Positions 1 to 9,513 of a stretch of 64,000 nucleotides of DNA are shown one piece after another. Position 1 is the stretch's first letter. Every line of letters starts with the position of its first letter. Position numbers and translations under genes: made by a program. This DNA is from Spirochaetia bacterium UBA5763 (GTDB lineage Bacteria > Spirochaetota > UBA4802 > UBA5550), in the NCBI GenBank assembly GCA_002418835.1, contig DIEX01000034.1, positions 225,926-289,925 on the forward strand. Direction: 5' to 3'. Under the pieces are notes generated by a model, which was given only the letters and a program-made list of their open reading frames with translations, was not told the DNA's origin and made no database searches.

Positions 1-2
1 AT

Positions 3-1298
3 GTGAGGCAGGAGCTTTTATCTGAATCTAAGGATTACTTCCAGAAGCATTATAAAACATTTCAGGGGACTGCTGACCTTTATGTCTGTTTTATGGAGAA
101 GGGTTATAACCTTTTAAGAGAGGGCGGGCTTTTTAGCTATATTGTTGCAAACAAGTGGATGCGGGCAAACTACGCGAAGAGTTTAAGGGATTGGCTGTCG
201 AAGAAAGATATTGTTGAGATAATTGATTTCGGTGATCTCCCGGTGTTTCAGCAGGCAACGACATATCCATGTATTTTCTGTATAAGGAAGGGTGAGCCAT
301 CTGGTAAGTTATCAGCGGTGAATGTTGATGATCTGAATTTCAGTTCGCTTGGGGAATATGTAAAAGATAAAAAATTTGATATAGAGCAGGGGAGGCTGTC
401 AGTAGACGGGTGGCACCTGACAAATACAGCGGAGCTTGATCTCCTTGAGAAGATTAAAAGCAAAGGTGTGCCTCTTGAGCAGTATGTTGAAGGGAAGATT
501 TTTTACGGTATAAAGACCGGTTTCAATGAAGCCTTTGTAATAGATGAAGAGACAAAGAACAGGCTTATTGCCGAAGACCCGAAAAGTGCAGAGATTATAA
601 AACCTTTTCTTGCAGGGAGAGATATTAAGAGGTATGCGCCGCTTGAAACAGGAAAAAATTTAATTTTAATTCCGCGTGGATGGACAAAAGCAAATGGCGG
701 TAATGATAAAAACGCATGGAGCATTTTATCGGGAAAGTATCCGGCAGTTGCAAATTACCTGAACCAGTATGAAGAGCCGTGTTTAAAGAGATATGATAAA
801 GGTGATTACTGGTGGGAGTTGCGAGCCTGTGATTATTATGATGAGTTTGAGAAAGAGAAGATAATATATCCTAATATTTTAAAGAAGCCTGAATTTACTT
901 TTGATGAAGAAGCATTATACACAAATCAAAAGTGTTTTATAATGCCTACAAATAATAAATATTTACTTGGTATATTAAATTCGAGTATTACTTTTTTTCT
1001 TTTTAGACAGCTACTACCTAAGCTACGTGGTGATTTCTATGAGCCAAGCTATATCTATTTCAAAACTTTTCCGATTAAACAGATCTCTGATGATAAAAGA
1101 GATATTGAATTAAAAGATAAAATAATCAACTCTGTTGATTCAATGCTTGAATCCCAGAAACAACTACAATCCGCAAAAACAGACTCCGATAGAAAAATTT
1201 TTCACCAGAAGATCGATGCCATTGATAAGCAGATAGATCTCCTTGTGTATGAACTGTACGGGCTTTCTGAGGATGAGATTAAGATTGTGGAGGGGTAA
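3..1298 (+). CDS. C-terminal fragment of a type IIG / Eco57I-family N6-adenine DNA methyltransferase-restriction enzyme with a TaqI-like target-recognition region. The N-terminus lies outside the window.
   Basis: The ORF runs in from the window edge. The sequence resembles C-terminal regions of Eco57I/MmeI-like and BREX PglX-like methyltransferases. No catalytic NPPY motif is visible in this fragment, so it is the specificity part. Confidence 0.45.
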   Translation: MRQELLSESKDYFQKHYKTFQGTADLYVCFMEKGYNLLREGGLFSYIVANKWMRANYAKSLRDWLSKKDIVEIIDFGDLPVFQQATTYPCIFCIRKGEPSGKLSAVNVDDLNFSSLGEYVKDKKFDIEQGRLSVDGWHLTNTAELDLLEKIKSKGVPLEQYVEGKIFYGIKTGFNEAFVIDEETKNRLIAEDPKSAEIIKPFLAGRDIKRYAPLETGKNLILIPRGWTKANGGNDKNAWSILSGKYPAVANYLNQYEEPCLKRYDKGDYWWELRACDYYDEFEKEKIIYPNILKKPEFTFDEEALYTNQKCFIMPTNNKYLLGILNSSITFFLFRQLLPKLRGDFYEPSYIYFKTFPIKQISDDKRDIELKDKIINSVDSMLESQKQLQSAKTDSDRKIFHQKIDAIDKQIDLLVYELYGLSEDEIKIVEG

Positions 1299-1305
1299 CC
1301 TCACA

Positions 1306-1469
1306 GACCTCACCCCCAGCCCCTCTCCTCGAGGAGAGGAGTGACTGTGGCAGAATTTTTTTGCTGGTATAAAAATTTTTTAAAATAAAAAGATTTTGAT
1401 CGTATCCATAAGTATAGGATTCTAATTCCCTCTTCTCATTGAGGAGAAGGGGGTTAGGGGGATGAGGTC
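1306..1469. repeat. Copy 1 of a ~165 bp palindromic repeat element. It has 13 bp terminal inverted repeats (GACCTCAtCCCCC / GGGGGATGAGGTC) and internal sub-terminal hairpins (CCCTTCTCC...GGAGAAGGG). It is MITE-like or attC-like.
   Basis: Direct comparison with the second copy at 1852-2017 shows roughly 90% identity in the same orientation. Each copy is itself an imperfect palindrome. Confidence 0.7.
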
Positions 1470-1472
1470 AAA

Positions 1473-1844
1473 ATGGCAGAAAAAAGTATAACACGTAATC
1501 AACGGGTTTCATCAGTTAAAGTTGAACTTTCCCGTGAATTGCGTAAGGGAATGACCGAAGCTGAGAATGTTTTCTGGGATATGGTCAGGGACAGGAGAAT
1601 GTTCGGTCTGAAATTCAGGAGGCAGCAGATTATTGATGGCTTCATTGTTGATTTTTACTGCGACAGCCTGGGACTGTGTATTGAGATTGATGGTGGTGTT
1701 CATGATACTGATAAACAACAGGAGTATGACAGGTTAAGATCCGAGGCTCTTGAGTTGAGGAAACTGAAGATTATGCGGTTTAGGAATGAAGAGGTACTGA
1801 ATGATATTGATTCGGTCAAAGCAATGATTTTTGAATTGATGTAA
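1473..1844 (+). CDS. DUF559 (Vsr/restriction-endonuclease-like fold) domain protein
   Basis: The 123 aa product carries characteristic DUF559 motifs (GLKFRRQQ...DGFIVDFYC...LCIEIDGGVHD...D...R...L...G..V.RF). It sits exactly between the two repeat copies. Confidence 0.7.
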   Translation: MAEKSITRNQRVSSVKVELSRELRKGMTEAENVFWDMVRDRRMFGLKFRRQQIIDGFIVDFYCDSLGLCIEIDGGVHDTDKQQEYDRLRSEALELRKLKIMRFRNEEVLNDIDSVKAMIFELM

Positions 1845-1851
1845 TCTTTTA

Positions 1852-2017
1852 GACCTCATCCCCCGGCCCCTTCTCCACATGGAGAAGGGGAGGTTGTGGC
1901 AGAATTTTTTTGCTGATATAAAAATTTTTTAAAATAAAAAGATTTGATCGTATCCATAAATACAGGATTATAATTCCCTCTTCTCATTGAGGAGAAGGGG
2001 GTTAGGGGGATGAGGTC
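1852..2017. repeat. Copy 2 of the ~165 bp palindromic repeat element
   Basis: Near-identical to 1306-1469, including the TIRs and the internal AT-rich core (TGGCAGAATTTTTTTGCTG.TATAAAAATTTTTTAAAATAAAAAGATTT). Confidence 0.7.
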
Positions 2018-2022
2018 ACTAT

Positions 2023-2365
2023 ATGAATGATATCAGAAGAGCAATAAGTATCCGTCAGCCATTTGTTGAAGCTATCCTTGATGGTAAAAAGAAAATTGAA
2101 TACAGATCACGAAAAACCAATATCAGGGAACGTGTTTATATATACGCGAGTCTTGGTATGCGTGAAGAAGAAGATTTTAAAAGAGTTCGGGTATTATTCG
2201 GATAAATGTCCGCGCGGTGTAATTGTAGGCACAGTGGAGATTGTTGATTGTACCGGTGTTGAAGGTGATTATGAAATTCATCTTGCTAATCCTGAAAGAC
2301 TGGAAACATTCCTGAAGCCGGTCAATCAGCCGCAGCCGATGTTCTGGATTCCGCAGTTTGAATAA
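2023..2365 (+). pseudogene. ASCH-domain (PUA-like) protein, apparently frameshifted near 2200
   Basis: Two overlapping ORFs (2023-2205 and 2063-2365) in different frames together give an ASCH-like sequence (IRQPFVEAILDGKKKIEYRSR...GVIVGTVEIVDC). This is either a disrupted gene or a sequencing error. Confidence 0.4.
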
Positions 2366-2466
2366 ATTTGTATGGCCTTAGTGAAGGAGGTCAGGTCCGT
2401 AATTAAACAGTTAAAATTTTTTTACTTGCCATAATCTTACAGAAAAATTAATGTCCAAATCTCTTC

Positions 2467-2516
2467 GGGGATGGAGTTCCCCATTATAACCGCTTCAGAA
2501 AGCTGATGACTCCTGC
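2467..2516 (+). promoter_or_regulatory. Fluoride riboswitch (crcB RNA motif) in the 5' leader of the cation/proton antiporter gene
   Basis: The sequence GGGGAUGGAGUUCCCCAUUAUAACCGCUUCAGAAAGCUGAUGACUCCUGC matches the fluoride aptamer consensus (GGnGAUGGnGUUCnCC...AACCGC...GCUGAUGAnUCCUnC). A plausible sigma70 promoter (TTGCCA-N17-TAATGT) lies just upstream. A following hairpin (CCUGCAUUGC/GCAAGGCAGG) could sequester the aptamer 3' end and act as the expression platform. Confidence 0.85.
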
Positions 2517-2570
2517 ATTGCAATACTTTCGCAAGGCAGGATCTACTTAAATCACTGCCCGGATAAAGTA

Positions 2571-3794
2571 TTGCCAGATATTTATGATGAGGTGACTACT
2601 TTGCTTGAAATGTTTTCTATGGCAGCCGTTTGGCTGGCACTGGCCGTTGTGTCTACAGTACTGGCAAACCGTCTTAAGATTTCCATGGCTCTTATGGAAA
2701 TATGTATTGGTGCAGTGGCAGGATATGCCGCAACCACTTTTATAAGCCCCGATTTTTTCAAAGCCGATTCGGGATGGATTAAGTTCATTGCAGGAACCGG
2801 CGCCGTTCTTCTGACGTTCCTTGCCGGAGCTGAACTTGATTCAGCTTCAATGAAAAGAAAAATCAGTGAAGTCTCAGTTGTGGGGCTCATAGGTTTTCTT
2901 GCGCCATTTATAGGGTGCTCTCTGCTTGCTTATTATATCCTTTCCTGGAATCTGCAGGCCAGCCTTCTTACAGGTATAGCATTGTCCACAACTTCAATGG
3001 CAGTGGTTTATGCAGTAATGCTTGAATATGGATTCAATAAAACTGAATATGGCAAGGGGATACTTGGAGCATGTTTTGTGAATGACCTTGGTACTGTTAT
3101 AGCACTGGGTCTGATCTTTTCACCGTTCACCTATAAAACAGTGGTGTTTATTGTGGTATGCTTAGTTGTATTTTTTGCACTGCCGAAAATGACGGCAAGG
3201 CTTACGAGGATATATGAGAATAACACCGCTGCAATCAGGACTAAATGGATAGTTTTTATTCTCTGCGCCCTGGGAGCCCTCGCGCTCTGGTCCGGGAGTG
3301 AGGCTGTTCTCCCTGCGTATATTGCCGGTATGGTGCTTGCTGACAGTGTAGGTAAAGATGAATCTTTTCTTCACAGGATGCGTACGCTGACAATAGGGTT
3401 TCTTACTCCATTTTATTTTCTACGGGCAGGTTTGCTGGTTTCAATTCCTGCAATTATGGCAGCGCCGATGGTATTTTTTATACTTCTTGCAGGGAAAGTG
3501 GTTTCTAAAATATTCGGGCTTTACCCTGTAATTGGAGTGTTCCGTGAAACAAAAAAAGAGCGCTGGTATTATACCCTTATGATGTCCACAGGGCTTACCT
3601 TTGGATCGATCTCCGCGCTGTTTGGATTAACTCATGGCATAGTTGACAGGGGGCAGTATTCGTTCCTTATTGCCGCTGTTATCGGGAGCGCGGTAGTGCC
3701 TACTATTATCGCGAACCTTGCGTTTCTCCCGTCGCATCTTCTTCACGCGCCTCTTGCTGATGAAGAGCTGCCGCAGCTTGATTTAATTGACTGA
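2571..3794 (+). CDS. Cation:proton antiporter (CPA / Na+/H+ exchanger family) membrane protein
   Basis: The product is polytopic and hydrophobic throughout, with typical Na+/H+ exchanger family sequence features. The true start may be slightly downstream (GAGGTGA-N5-TTG at about 2600). Na+/H+ antiporters are a known gene class under fluoride riboswitch control. Confidence 0.75.
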   Translation: MPDIYDEVTTLLEMFSMAAVWLALAVVSTVLANRLKISMALMEICIGAVAGYAATTFISPDFFKADSGWIKFIAGTGAVLLTFLAGAELDSASMKRKISEVSVVGLIGFLAPFIGCSLLAYYILSWNLQASLLTGIALSTTSMAVVYAVMLEYGFNKTEYGKGILGACFVNDLGTVIALGLIFSPFTYKTVVFIVVCLVVFFALPKMTARLTRIYENNTAAIRTKWIVFILCALGALALWSGSEAVLPAYIAGMVLADSVGKDESFLHRMRTLTIGFLTPFYFLRAGLLVSIPAIMAAPMVFFILLAGKVVSKIFGLYPVIGVFRETKKERWYYTLMMSTGLTFGSISALFGLTHGIVDRGQYSFLIAAVIGSAVVPTIIANLAFLPSHLLHAPLADEELPQLDLID

Positions 3795-3903
3795 TTCATA
3801 CTCCTTCATACCGGTTTTCTGTAGAGAATACCGGTATGACGCAACATCTGCTTTGAAATAATTCTTGCCAAAAATTATCCGTATAATAATATAAACCATC
3901 TTC

Positions 3904-3953
3904 GGGGATGGAGTTCCCCCTTGTAACCGCTTTTAGAAGCTGATGACTCCTGC
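3904..3953 (+). promoter_or_regulatory. Fluoride riboswitch (crcB RNA motif) in the 5' leader of the dynamin-like GTPase gene
   Basis: The sequence GGGGAUGGAGUUCCCCCUUGUAACCGCUUUUAGAAGCUGAUGACUCCUGC is near-identical to the 2467-2516 copy. The loop hairpin shows covariation (GCUUCAGAAAGC versus GCUUUUAGAAGC), and a U-A pair in the downstream stem becomes U-G. A TTGCCA-N16-TAATAT promoter lies upstream. Confidence 0.85.
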
Positions 3954-4042
3954 ATTGCAATATCAACGCGAGGCAGGTTTATCCTGAAAATAAAAAACCG
4001 CGCCGGTATTGCTGAATAAACTTTAAATGCAGGTGAATTATA

Positions 4043-5791
4043 ATGCTCCCGGCAGAATATATTGAAAGAGCAATGGATCTTGTTAAAGATTCCGGAGATA
4101 AATATTGCAGTATACACGATTCCCTTTCAGGCCTTAATGAACGTCTGAATGAGGGGAGGTTCCACCTTGCGGTTCTTGGACAGTTCAAGAGAGGTAAGAG
4201 CACTCTGCTTAATGCGCTACTTGGAGAGGAGCTGCTCCCGGGGGCTATACTCCCTGTAACTGCAATCCCCACATTTATATACTCCGGCGCTGAACATAGG
4301 GTGCACGTCACATTTAACGATAATACTGAAACAGATTTCTCTTCCGGTGATGTATCTGAAATCAACAGATATCTTGATGAGCATGTCTCAGAGGAGAAGA
4401 ACCCTGAGAACACCAGGGGGATTAAGAATGTTGAACTCTATACGCCTGCCCCGGTTCTGCGTAACGGCCTTGTACTCATAGATACACCGGGCATAGGTTC
4501 AACACACAGGCACAACACAGAAGTGACAATGAATTTCCTTGAAGAGTGTGATGCCGCCCTTTTTGTGTTTTCACCTGACCCCCCTGTGACTGAAGCTGAA
4601 CTTGATTTTCTGAAGCAGGTCAGGACCCGCGTTAAGAAGATAATATTTGTGCTGAATAAAGCTGACCTTCTCTCCGAAGAGGAGATTGTTAAAATAAGCG
4701 GTTTTATTAAAAGCGTACTTTATGAAAAGAGCGGTGTAGATCTCTCTGAGGATATCTTCACTCTCTCCGCAAAAAGCGGTCTCAATGCCGCAAAAACCGG
4801 TGATAATGATAAATGGAATCTGTCAGGCATGGACAGGCTCCGCACCTATCTCTCAGGCTTTCTTGTAAAGGAGAAGGGGGAGGTTTTGCTTAAAGCTGTA
4901 TCCTTAAAAGCTGTTAATATTCTCTCGGAGTTTTCCATGCGTCTGCATCTTGAGGCCCGGGCACTGGAGCTCCCTGTTGATGATCTTAAAAGAAGAGCTG
5001 AACTTTTCAGAAAAAAAATTGAAGAGGCAATGACGCGGAGAGAGGAGACCGGGGATATACTTAAAGGGGACAGGAAGAGGCTCCTTGATATACTTGATGT
5101 ACAGTCTAAAAAGCTTCATGAAAGGACTACACTTTATCTGAATGAAATCCTTGATAAGAATATAAAAAGCGGCAGTAAGCTCTCTGAAAACCGTATACGC
5201 GAGGAGTTTGCGCTCTCCATACCGCCATTTTTTGAACATGAATTAAAAGAGGTTTCAAAATACTTCAGTGACGCTGTATCCGAGAGGATGACAGTTCATG
5301 AGAAGAGGGCTGCAGATCTCATTGATGAGGTTAAGTCTGCTGCTGCTGATATTTTTGAGATACCTTATGAACGGTCTGATGAAAAAATAGTACTCATTGA
5401 AAACCGTAAACCCTACTGGGTAAAACATAACTGGAGCGCCTCCTTTATACCTGTGCCTGATGATCTTGTTGACGCGCTTCTCCCCCGGAAGATGCTTATT
5501 AAAAAGATCACCAGGAATATGCAGCGCCTTGCTAAAGACCTCGCAACAGGTAATGTTGAAAACCTCAGCTGGGTTACACTTCAGAACCTTGATGATACTT
5601 TCAGGAAGTTTACAGGTGAATTTGATAACAAGCTGAAAGCGGCTATTGAAGCTACAGAGGGAGCCCTCCTTGAGGCAATGAAGAGGAGCAATGAGCAGGA
5701 AACCGGATCTGCTGCTGAACTGGATGATCTAAAAAAGAGAATTGAATCTGTGACAGAACTGACTTCCGGACTCAAGAGGCATTCACTTTAA
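4043..5791 (+). CDS. Dynamin-family large GTPase (bacterial dynamin-like protein)
   Basis: The N-terminal GTPase carries G1 GQFKRGKST, G3 DTPGIG and G4 NKAD motifs. The C-terminal ~350 aa are helical. An AGGTGA RBS sits 6 nt before the ATG. Confidence 0.75.
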   Translation: MLPAEYIERAMDLVKDSGDKYCSIHDSLSGLNERLNEGRFHLAVLGQFKRGKSTLLNALLGEELLPGAILPVTAIPTFIYSGAEHRVHVTFNDNTETDFSSGDVSEINRYLDEHVSEEKNPENTRGIKNVELYTPAPVLRNGLVLIDTPGIGSTHRHNTEVTMNFLEECDAALFVFSPDPPVTEAELDFLKQVRTRVKKIIFVLNKADLLSEEEIVKISGFIKSVLYEKSGVDLSEDIFTLSAKSGLNAAKTGDNDKWNLSGMDRLRTYLSGFLVKEKGEVLLKAVSLKAVNILSEFSMRLHLEARALELPVDDLKRRAELFRKKIEEAMTRREETGDILKGDRKRLLDILDVQSKKLHERTTLYLNEILDKNIKSGSKLSENRIREEFALSIPPFFEHELKEVSKYFSDAVSERMTVHEKRAADLIDEVKSAAADIFEIPYERSDEKIVLIENRKPYWVKHNWSASFIPVPDDLVDALLPRKMLIKKITRNMQRLAKDLATGNVENLSWVTLQNLDDTFRKFTGEFDNKLKAAIEATEGALLEAMKRSNEQETGSAAELDDLKKRIESVTELTSGLKRHSL

Positions 5792-5812
5792 ATCTGAACC
5801 AGGGAAATCATT

Positions 5813-6226
5813 ATGATGGAACCTACAGTAGAAGAGATACGTGCAGCGGCATTTAAAAACCTTCACCTTATTTATGTGAAGAGGTTTGACCGTACAAGCT
5901 ACCGTATAGTTAAAACTGAAGCTGAAGGTACACCTGTGCTTGTTGAGTATATCTCTTTCCATTATAAAACCACAAAGATCCGGGTTAAGGATATAGGGAG
6001 CAATATTATCTACCTTGTCAATGCCGTGCAGTACAGGAAGACATGGCTCAGGGATCTGATTAAAAAAGATAAAACTCTTGAGGCTAAAATAAAAGAGTGG
6101 TATCCATTTTTATGGGGCGATATCAGTGATGAAGATAGAATCAGGTATAAGGATATATTAAGGACTTTAAAACAGTACGCAGATCTGGAAAAGCCCCTTG
6201 AGAAGAATGTTGTATATAAAGACTGA
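5813..6226 (+). CDS. Hypothetical protein co-transcribed with the dynamin-like GTPase
   Basis: The 137 aa ORF starts 21 nt after the GTPase stop and has no recognisable motifs. Confidence 0.45.
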   Translation: MMEPTVEEIRAAAFKNLHLIYVKRFDRTSYRIVKTEAEGTPVLVEYISFHYKTTKIRVKDIGSNIIYLVNAVQYRKTWLRDLIKKDKTLEAKIKEWYPFLWGDISDEDRIRYKDILRTLKQYADLEKPLEKNVVYKD

Positions 6227-6236
6227 TGATTTTCCG

Positions 6237-7733
6237 TTACTCTTTGAATATCTCCCTGTAAAGGTCTTCACCGAAAGCAGTGGGGAGGGGTTCACCTTCA
6301 ATGATCCTGTAACTACGCCTGCCGTCCTCCTCTCTCTCTGCCCTGAGGAAAAGTGTTCCGGATAATCCGCTCTGCCTGATTGAACAGGCGAAATCATAAA
6401 GATGTGTGACAAAGAAAACACGGATATTTTTTTCAGCAAGGGCCCTGGTTATCTGCCTTGCTATTTCAGAACCCTCCCTTTCGTTAGTTGATGAAAAAGA
6501 TTCGTTGAAAAGGATCATTGAATCTTTTTTTATATTCAGGATAATTTCATCCATTCTTAAAAGCTCCTCATCAAGCCTGCCGCTCTTCATGGCGGGGTCT
6601 TCCTCCCGTCTGAAATGGGTAAAGAGCGCATTACAGAGCCCCGCGTTATATGCGTCTGCAGGGACAAACATTCCGCACTGCATCATAAGCTGTGCTATCC
6701 CTATGCTCCTGAGGAAAGTTGATTTACCCCCCTGATTCGCCCCGGTAATTATCACAGGGTTTCTGCTGTCACCAGTCATATCATTCCCTGTTACACTCCG
6801 TTTCATAGTTAGTGAAAGAGAAATATCATATAGAGACTTGAATGAAAAAATTTTCTCTTCTGACAAGTGAGGGGAGGGGAATGTAAAGCTGCAATTCAAA
6901 CCGGAGAGATGTTCCGCCAGGTTCAGTGAACATATATAGAAAGAGAGTTCTATCCTTAAATTTTTAAAAAAAGAATCTATGTGATCCGCTGATACCGCAA
7001 GGGCATTGGCTGTCTCATTAAGTGCTGCATCTTTAATTGATGTCAAAGCCCTGAAGCCGCTCTCATCGCGGGGCGGAATAGAAAATGAATATGCTTCATC
7101 TTCTCTGAATATGATTCTTTTAAGGTCATATTTTTTTTTCCTGAAAGGCTTCCTGAGCATATAGCTCCCCCCTTCATTCCCTTTCCCCGGAGCTGCGCTT
7201 ATATGCATCCCTTTGTAAAATTTGAGCCTTTTAAGATGTGTTTCAATCCCGTTTAAATAGTTGTGATCCAGTTCACTCCGCACCATATTAAAGAATCTGG
7301 TCATACCTTCAGATTGGAATTTATGGCGATGCAGCTCTTCAACGATTTTAAGCTCTCTGAGAAGAGTTACAAACATACTCAGTTTATCTACTGCTGTATT
7401 AAGGATACTTCCGGGTGAGTTGTTGAATATGCTGCTCCAGAGCCTCTTCTTTCTATCCTCTGATTCAACTGTTGTCTGATAGAGCTCCCTTATTACCGTT
7501 GGGTTGGCAAGTGCGTCCCGCAGAATATCCTGGCGATACCTGATTGTTTCAATGCTGTTTTCAAAACATGATAGCAGGGTATGTTTTGCTGTATTTAGCA
7601 GAAAAGGATCTCCAGTTGACATGGCATTAAAAAGTACATTAAGTTCAAGGTCCTGTATTAAAAATTCAGAGTTAAGAGGGGGGGCGGCCTGAATATCAAA
7701 ATCATGGTCTTTGAACATGAGTAATGGTTTCAT
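6237..7733 (-). CDS. MutS domain V (ABC-type ATPase) family protein, MutS2-like and without an Smr domain
   Basis: It carries a Walker A motif (GANQGGKSTFLRSIG) and a downstream D-loop/Walker B-like stretch (ILFNESFSSTN) typical of MutS domain V. It overlaps the upstream gene by 4 nt. Confidence 0.7.
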   Translation of the reverse strand: MKPLLMFKDHDFDIQAAPPLNSEFLIQDLELNVLFNAMSTGDPFLLNTAKHTLLSCFENSIETIRYRQDILRDALANPTVIRELYQTTVESEDRKKRLWSSIFNNSPGSILNTAVDKLSMFVTLLRELKIVEELHRHKFQSEGMTRFFNMVRSELDHNYLNGIETHLKRLKFYKGMHISAAPGKGNEGGSYMLRKPFRKKKYDLKRIIFREDEAYSFSIPPRDESGFRALTSIKDAALNETANALAVSADHIDSFFKNLRIELSFYICSLNLAEHLSGLNCSFTFPSPHLSEEKIFSFKSLYDISLSLTMKRSVTGNDMTGDSRNPVIITGANQGGKSTFLRSIGIAQLMMQCGMFVPADAYNAGLCNALFTHFRREEDPAMKSGRLDEELLRMDEIILNIKKDSMILFNESFSSTNEREGSEIARQITRALAEKNIRVFFVTHLYDFACSIRQSGLSGTLFLRAEREEDGRRSYRIIEGEPLPTAFGEDLYREIFKE

Positions 7734-9277
7734 GTTTTAATCCGTTCAATAAGAGAATTATATGTGAGGCCGTATTTCTCCGAAATTGACATGGCATAGG
7801 CAAGGCCGTCTGCGGGTCTTCTTGATATTTTAAATGTACGGATTTCCGGCGCATCAGGATCTACGCTGCTCACCATGCTCACCGTTGATTCACTGTATTC
7901 TGAAAGTTCATCAACAAATGTTATCCATACACAGATGAGATCCAGTGAGTTTATCCTCTCCATGATCTTTCCGCTTAAGAATACCGCATCATGAAGTGTT
8001 GTGGATGTGAATATTTCATTCATAATAATTATGCTGCGGGTAGTCGCCCGGCTGAGAAAATCTTCGATCCTTATAAGGTCATCCTGAAGTTTTCCACGCA
8101 GATCACTTATATTCTCCCCCTTCTCAAAATGAGTGAATATATCGTCAAAGAGATAAAGGCGCGCTTCTCTCCCCGGTACAGTGAGGCCCAGTGATCCGAT
8201 ATAATGTATCTGCCCGAAGTCACGGGCAAATGTTGTCTTTCCACCCTGGTTGGGCCCTGATACCACTATTATGCGCTCTTTACCTGTAAGATAGAAATCA
8301 TTGCATACAACAGGCATATTCTCTTTACTCAGCTTATGGGCAAGAGCGAGATCAAACCCGGCATGACAGTGAATGTTTTTTGAGGAAGCGGAAAACTCCG
8401 GATAGCAGAAAGCGAAGCCTGTATTCTTCATCTTCGCAATATAATCGAGCCAGGAGATATAAAACTGGATCTCCCTGGCGAAACTGATTATCCCGCTGTC
8501 CATGAAATCATTGTTATTGATTGAAAATTCATGCAGGTTGTAGAATACTCCAGGCCGGAGCTTTGCCACGCAATCCATTATCCTGGCTTCAATATGGTTC
8601 ATCCCTAAGGGAATAGTAACTTTTGACAGGTATTTACGGCTTTCGCCACGGGTAAACCTGGAGAAGAGTTCCTTTATCTCGGTACTATAGTCCTTTTCAC
8701 CTTTATACTTGCGGACAGTTACCTTTTCATTTTTTATCTCAATTAAATACTGTATTGAAGATATATCGCTTTTTAATTTAAGAGCTTCGGAATGAATCGA
8801 TGTAAAGTCAGGAGATTGAACATAGTGTGTCAGATACTCCCTGAATTTCAGCAGGCCATTTGATTTTAAATCAGCACGCAGCAGATCCTTTTCAAGTGAT
8901 ATTACTGCGTCACAATAAACTATAACTGCTTCAAGAAACCACCCCTCTCTGTGGAGCATAAAATTAAGTTTTTCAATCATACGGATATAGCGGCGAACAG
9001 TGGATATACTGTGGGCAAAGGATTTTAAATCCTCAAAGAGAGTACCATGCTCTATATCCTTTGCAGCCTCCTGCCTATATAGAATTGTTTCAATGTCGGG
9101 AGCAGGGGTATAAAAAAAAGGTTTAAGATTGTACTCCTCTTTCCCTGAAATTACAGAGTTTACAATCCGGTCAAGGTTAAGATCAGTGAAGCATGGAGGT
9201 TCTTTGCTGATCTTATTATTATCTTCAAAATTATCTTTGTATAAAATACTGCTGTAAAACATTACTGCTGTACTCAT
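7730..9277 (-). CDS. MutS domain V family ATPase, paralogue of the 6237-7733 gene
   Basis: Walker A motif GPNQGGKTTFARDFG. The architecture matches its downstream neighbour, and the two genes are translationally coupled. Confidence 0.7.
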   Translation of the reverse strand: MSTAVMFYSSILYKDNFEDNNKISKEPPCFTDLNLDRIVNSVISGKEEYNLKPFFYTPAPDIETILYRQEAAKDIEHGTLFEDLKSFAHSISTVRRYIRMIEKLNFMLHREGWFLEAVIVYCDAVISLEKDLLRADLKSNGLLKFREYLTHYVQSPDFTSIHSEALKLKSDISSIQYLIEIKNEKVTVRKYKGEKDYSTEIKELFSRFTRGESRKYLSKVTIPLGMNHIEARIMDCVAKLRPGVFYNLHEFSINNNDFMDSGIISFAREIQFYISWLDYIAKMKNTGFAFCYPEFSASSKNIHCHAGFDLALAHKLSKENMPVVCNDFYLTGKERIIVVSGPNQGGKTTFARDFGQIHYIGSLGLTVPGREARLYLFDDIFTHFEKGENISDLRGKLQDDLIRIEDFLSRATTRSIIIMNEIFTSTTLHDAVFLSGKIMERINSLDLICVWITFVDELSEYSESTVSMVSSVDPDAPEIRTFKISRRPADGLAYAMSISEKYGLTYNSLIERIKT

Positions 9278-9282
9278 TTTTT

Positions 9283-9507
9283 CTATCTTCTATTGAATAA
9301 GAAATAAACAATGAGCCCCGCGAAAACAGCCATTAAAAATCCGCCTGCTGCAATCTCCAGCGACATCCTTATTCTTTTCTTCCTTGTAATTTCCGGAAAA
9401 TGACTATAACCTTCATAAGCATTTACATAGGCAATGACCCCTCCAAGTATTCCGAAGAAGAGACCTATAACCACCAGCATCTTTATAAGGCTATAATCAT
9501 TTTCCAT
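9283..9507 (-). CDS. Small two-TM membrane protein (hypothetical)
   Basis: The 74 aa product has two hydrophobic helices. It lies between the enolase and MutS-like genes in the same orientation. Confidence 0.4.
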   Translation of the reverse strand: MENDYSLIKMLVVIGLFFGILGGVIAYVNAYEGYSHFPEITRKKRIRMSLEIAAGGFLMAVFAGLIVYFLFNRR

Positions 9508-9513
9508 CTGATT

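Noticed and set aside
2440-2545. Initially considered whether the duplicated structured leader (2440-2545 and 3890-3990) was a c-di-GMP, Na+/Li+ (nhaA-I) or guanidine riboswitch. The window is rich in GGDEF/EAL genes, and the first copy precedes a Na+/H+ antiporter.
   Set aside because: The sequence matches the fluoride (crcB) aptamer consensus almost base-for-base (GGnGAUGGAGUUCnCC...GCUGAUGACUCCUnC). It lacks the two-hairpin GNRA/receptor architecture of GEMM and the ACGR loops of guanidine-II.
6237-9277. Considered whether the two tandem MutS-domain ATPases could be the ATPase pair of an anti-phage defence system.
   Set aside because: They lie in an operon with enolase under a fluoride riboswitch, and MutS-related genes are a known fluoride-riboswitch cargo class. 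No nuclease, HEPN, TIR or other defence effector is adjacent.
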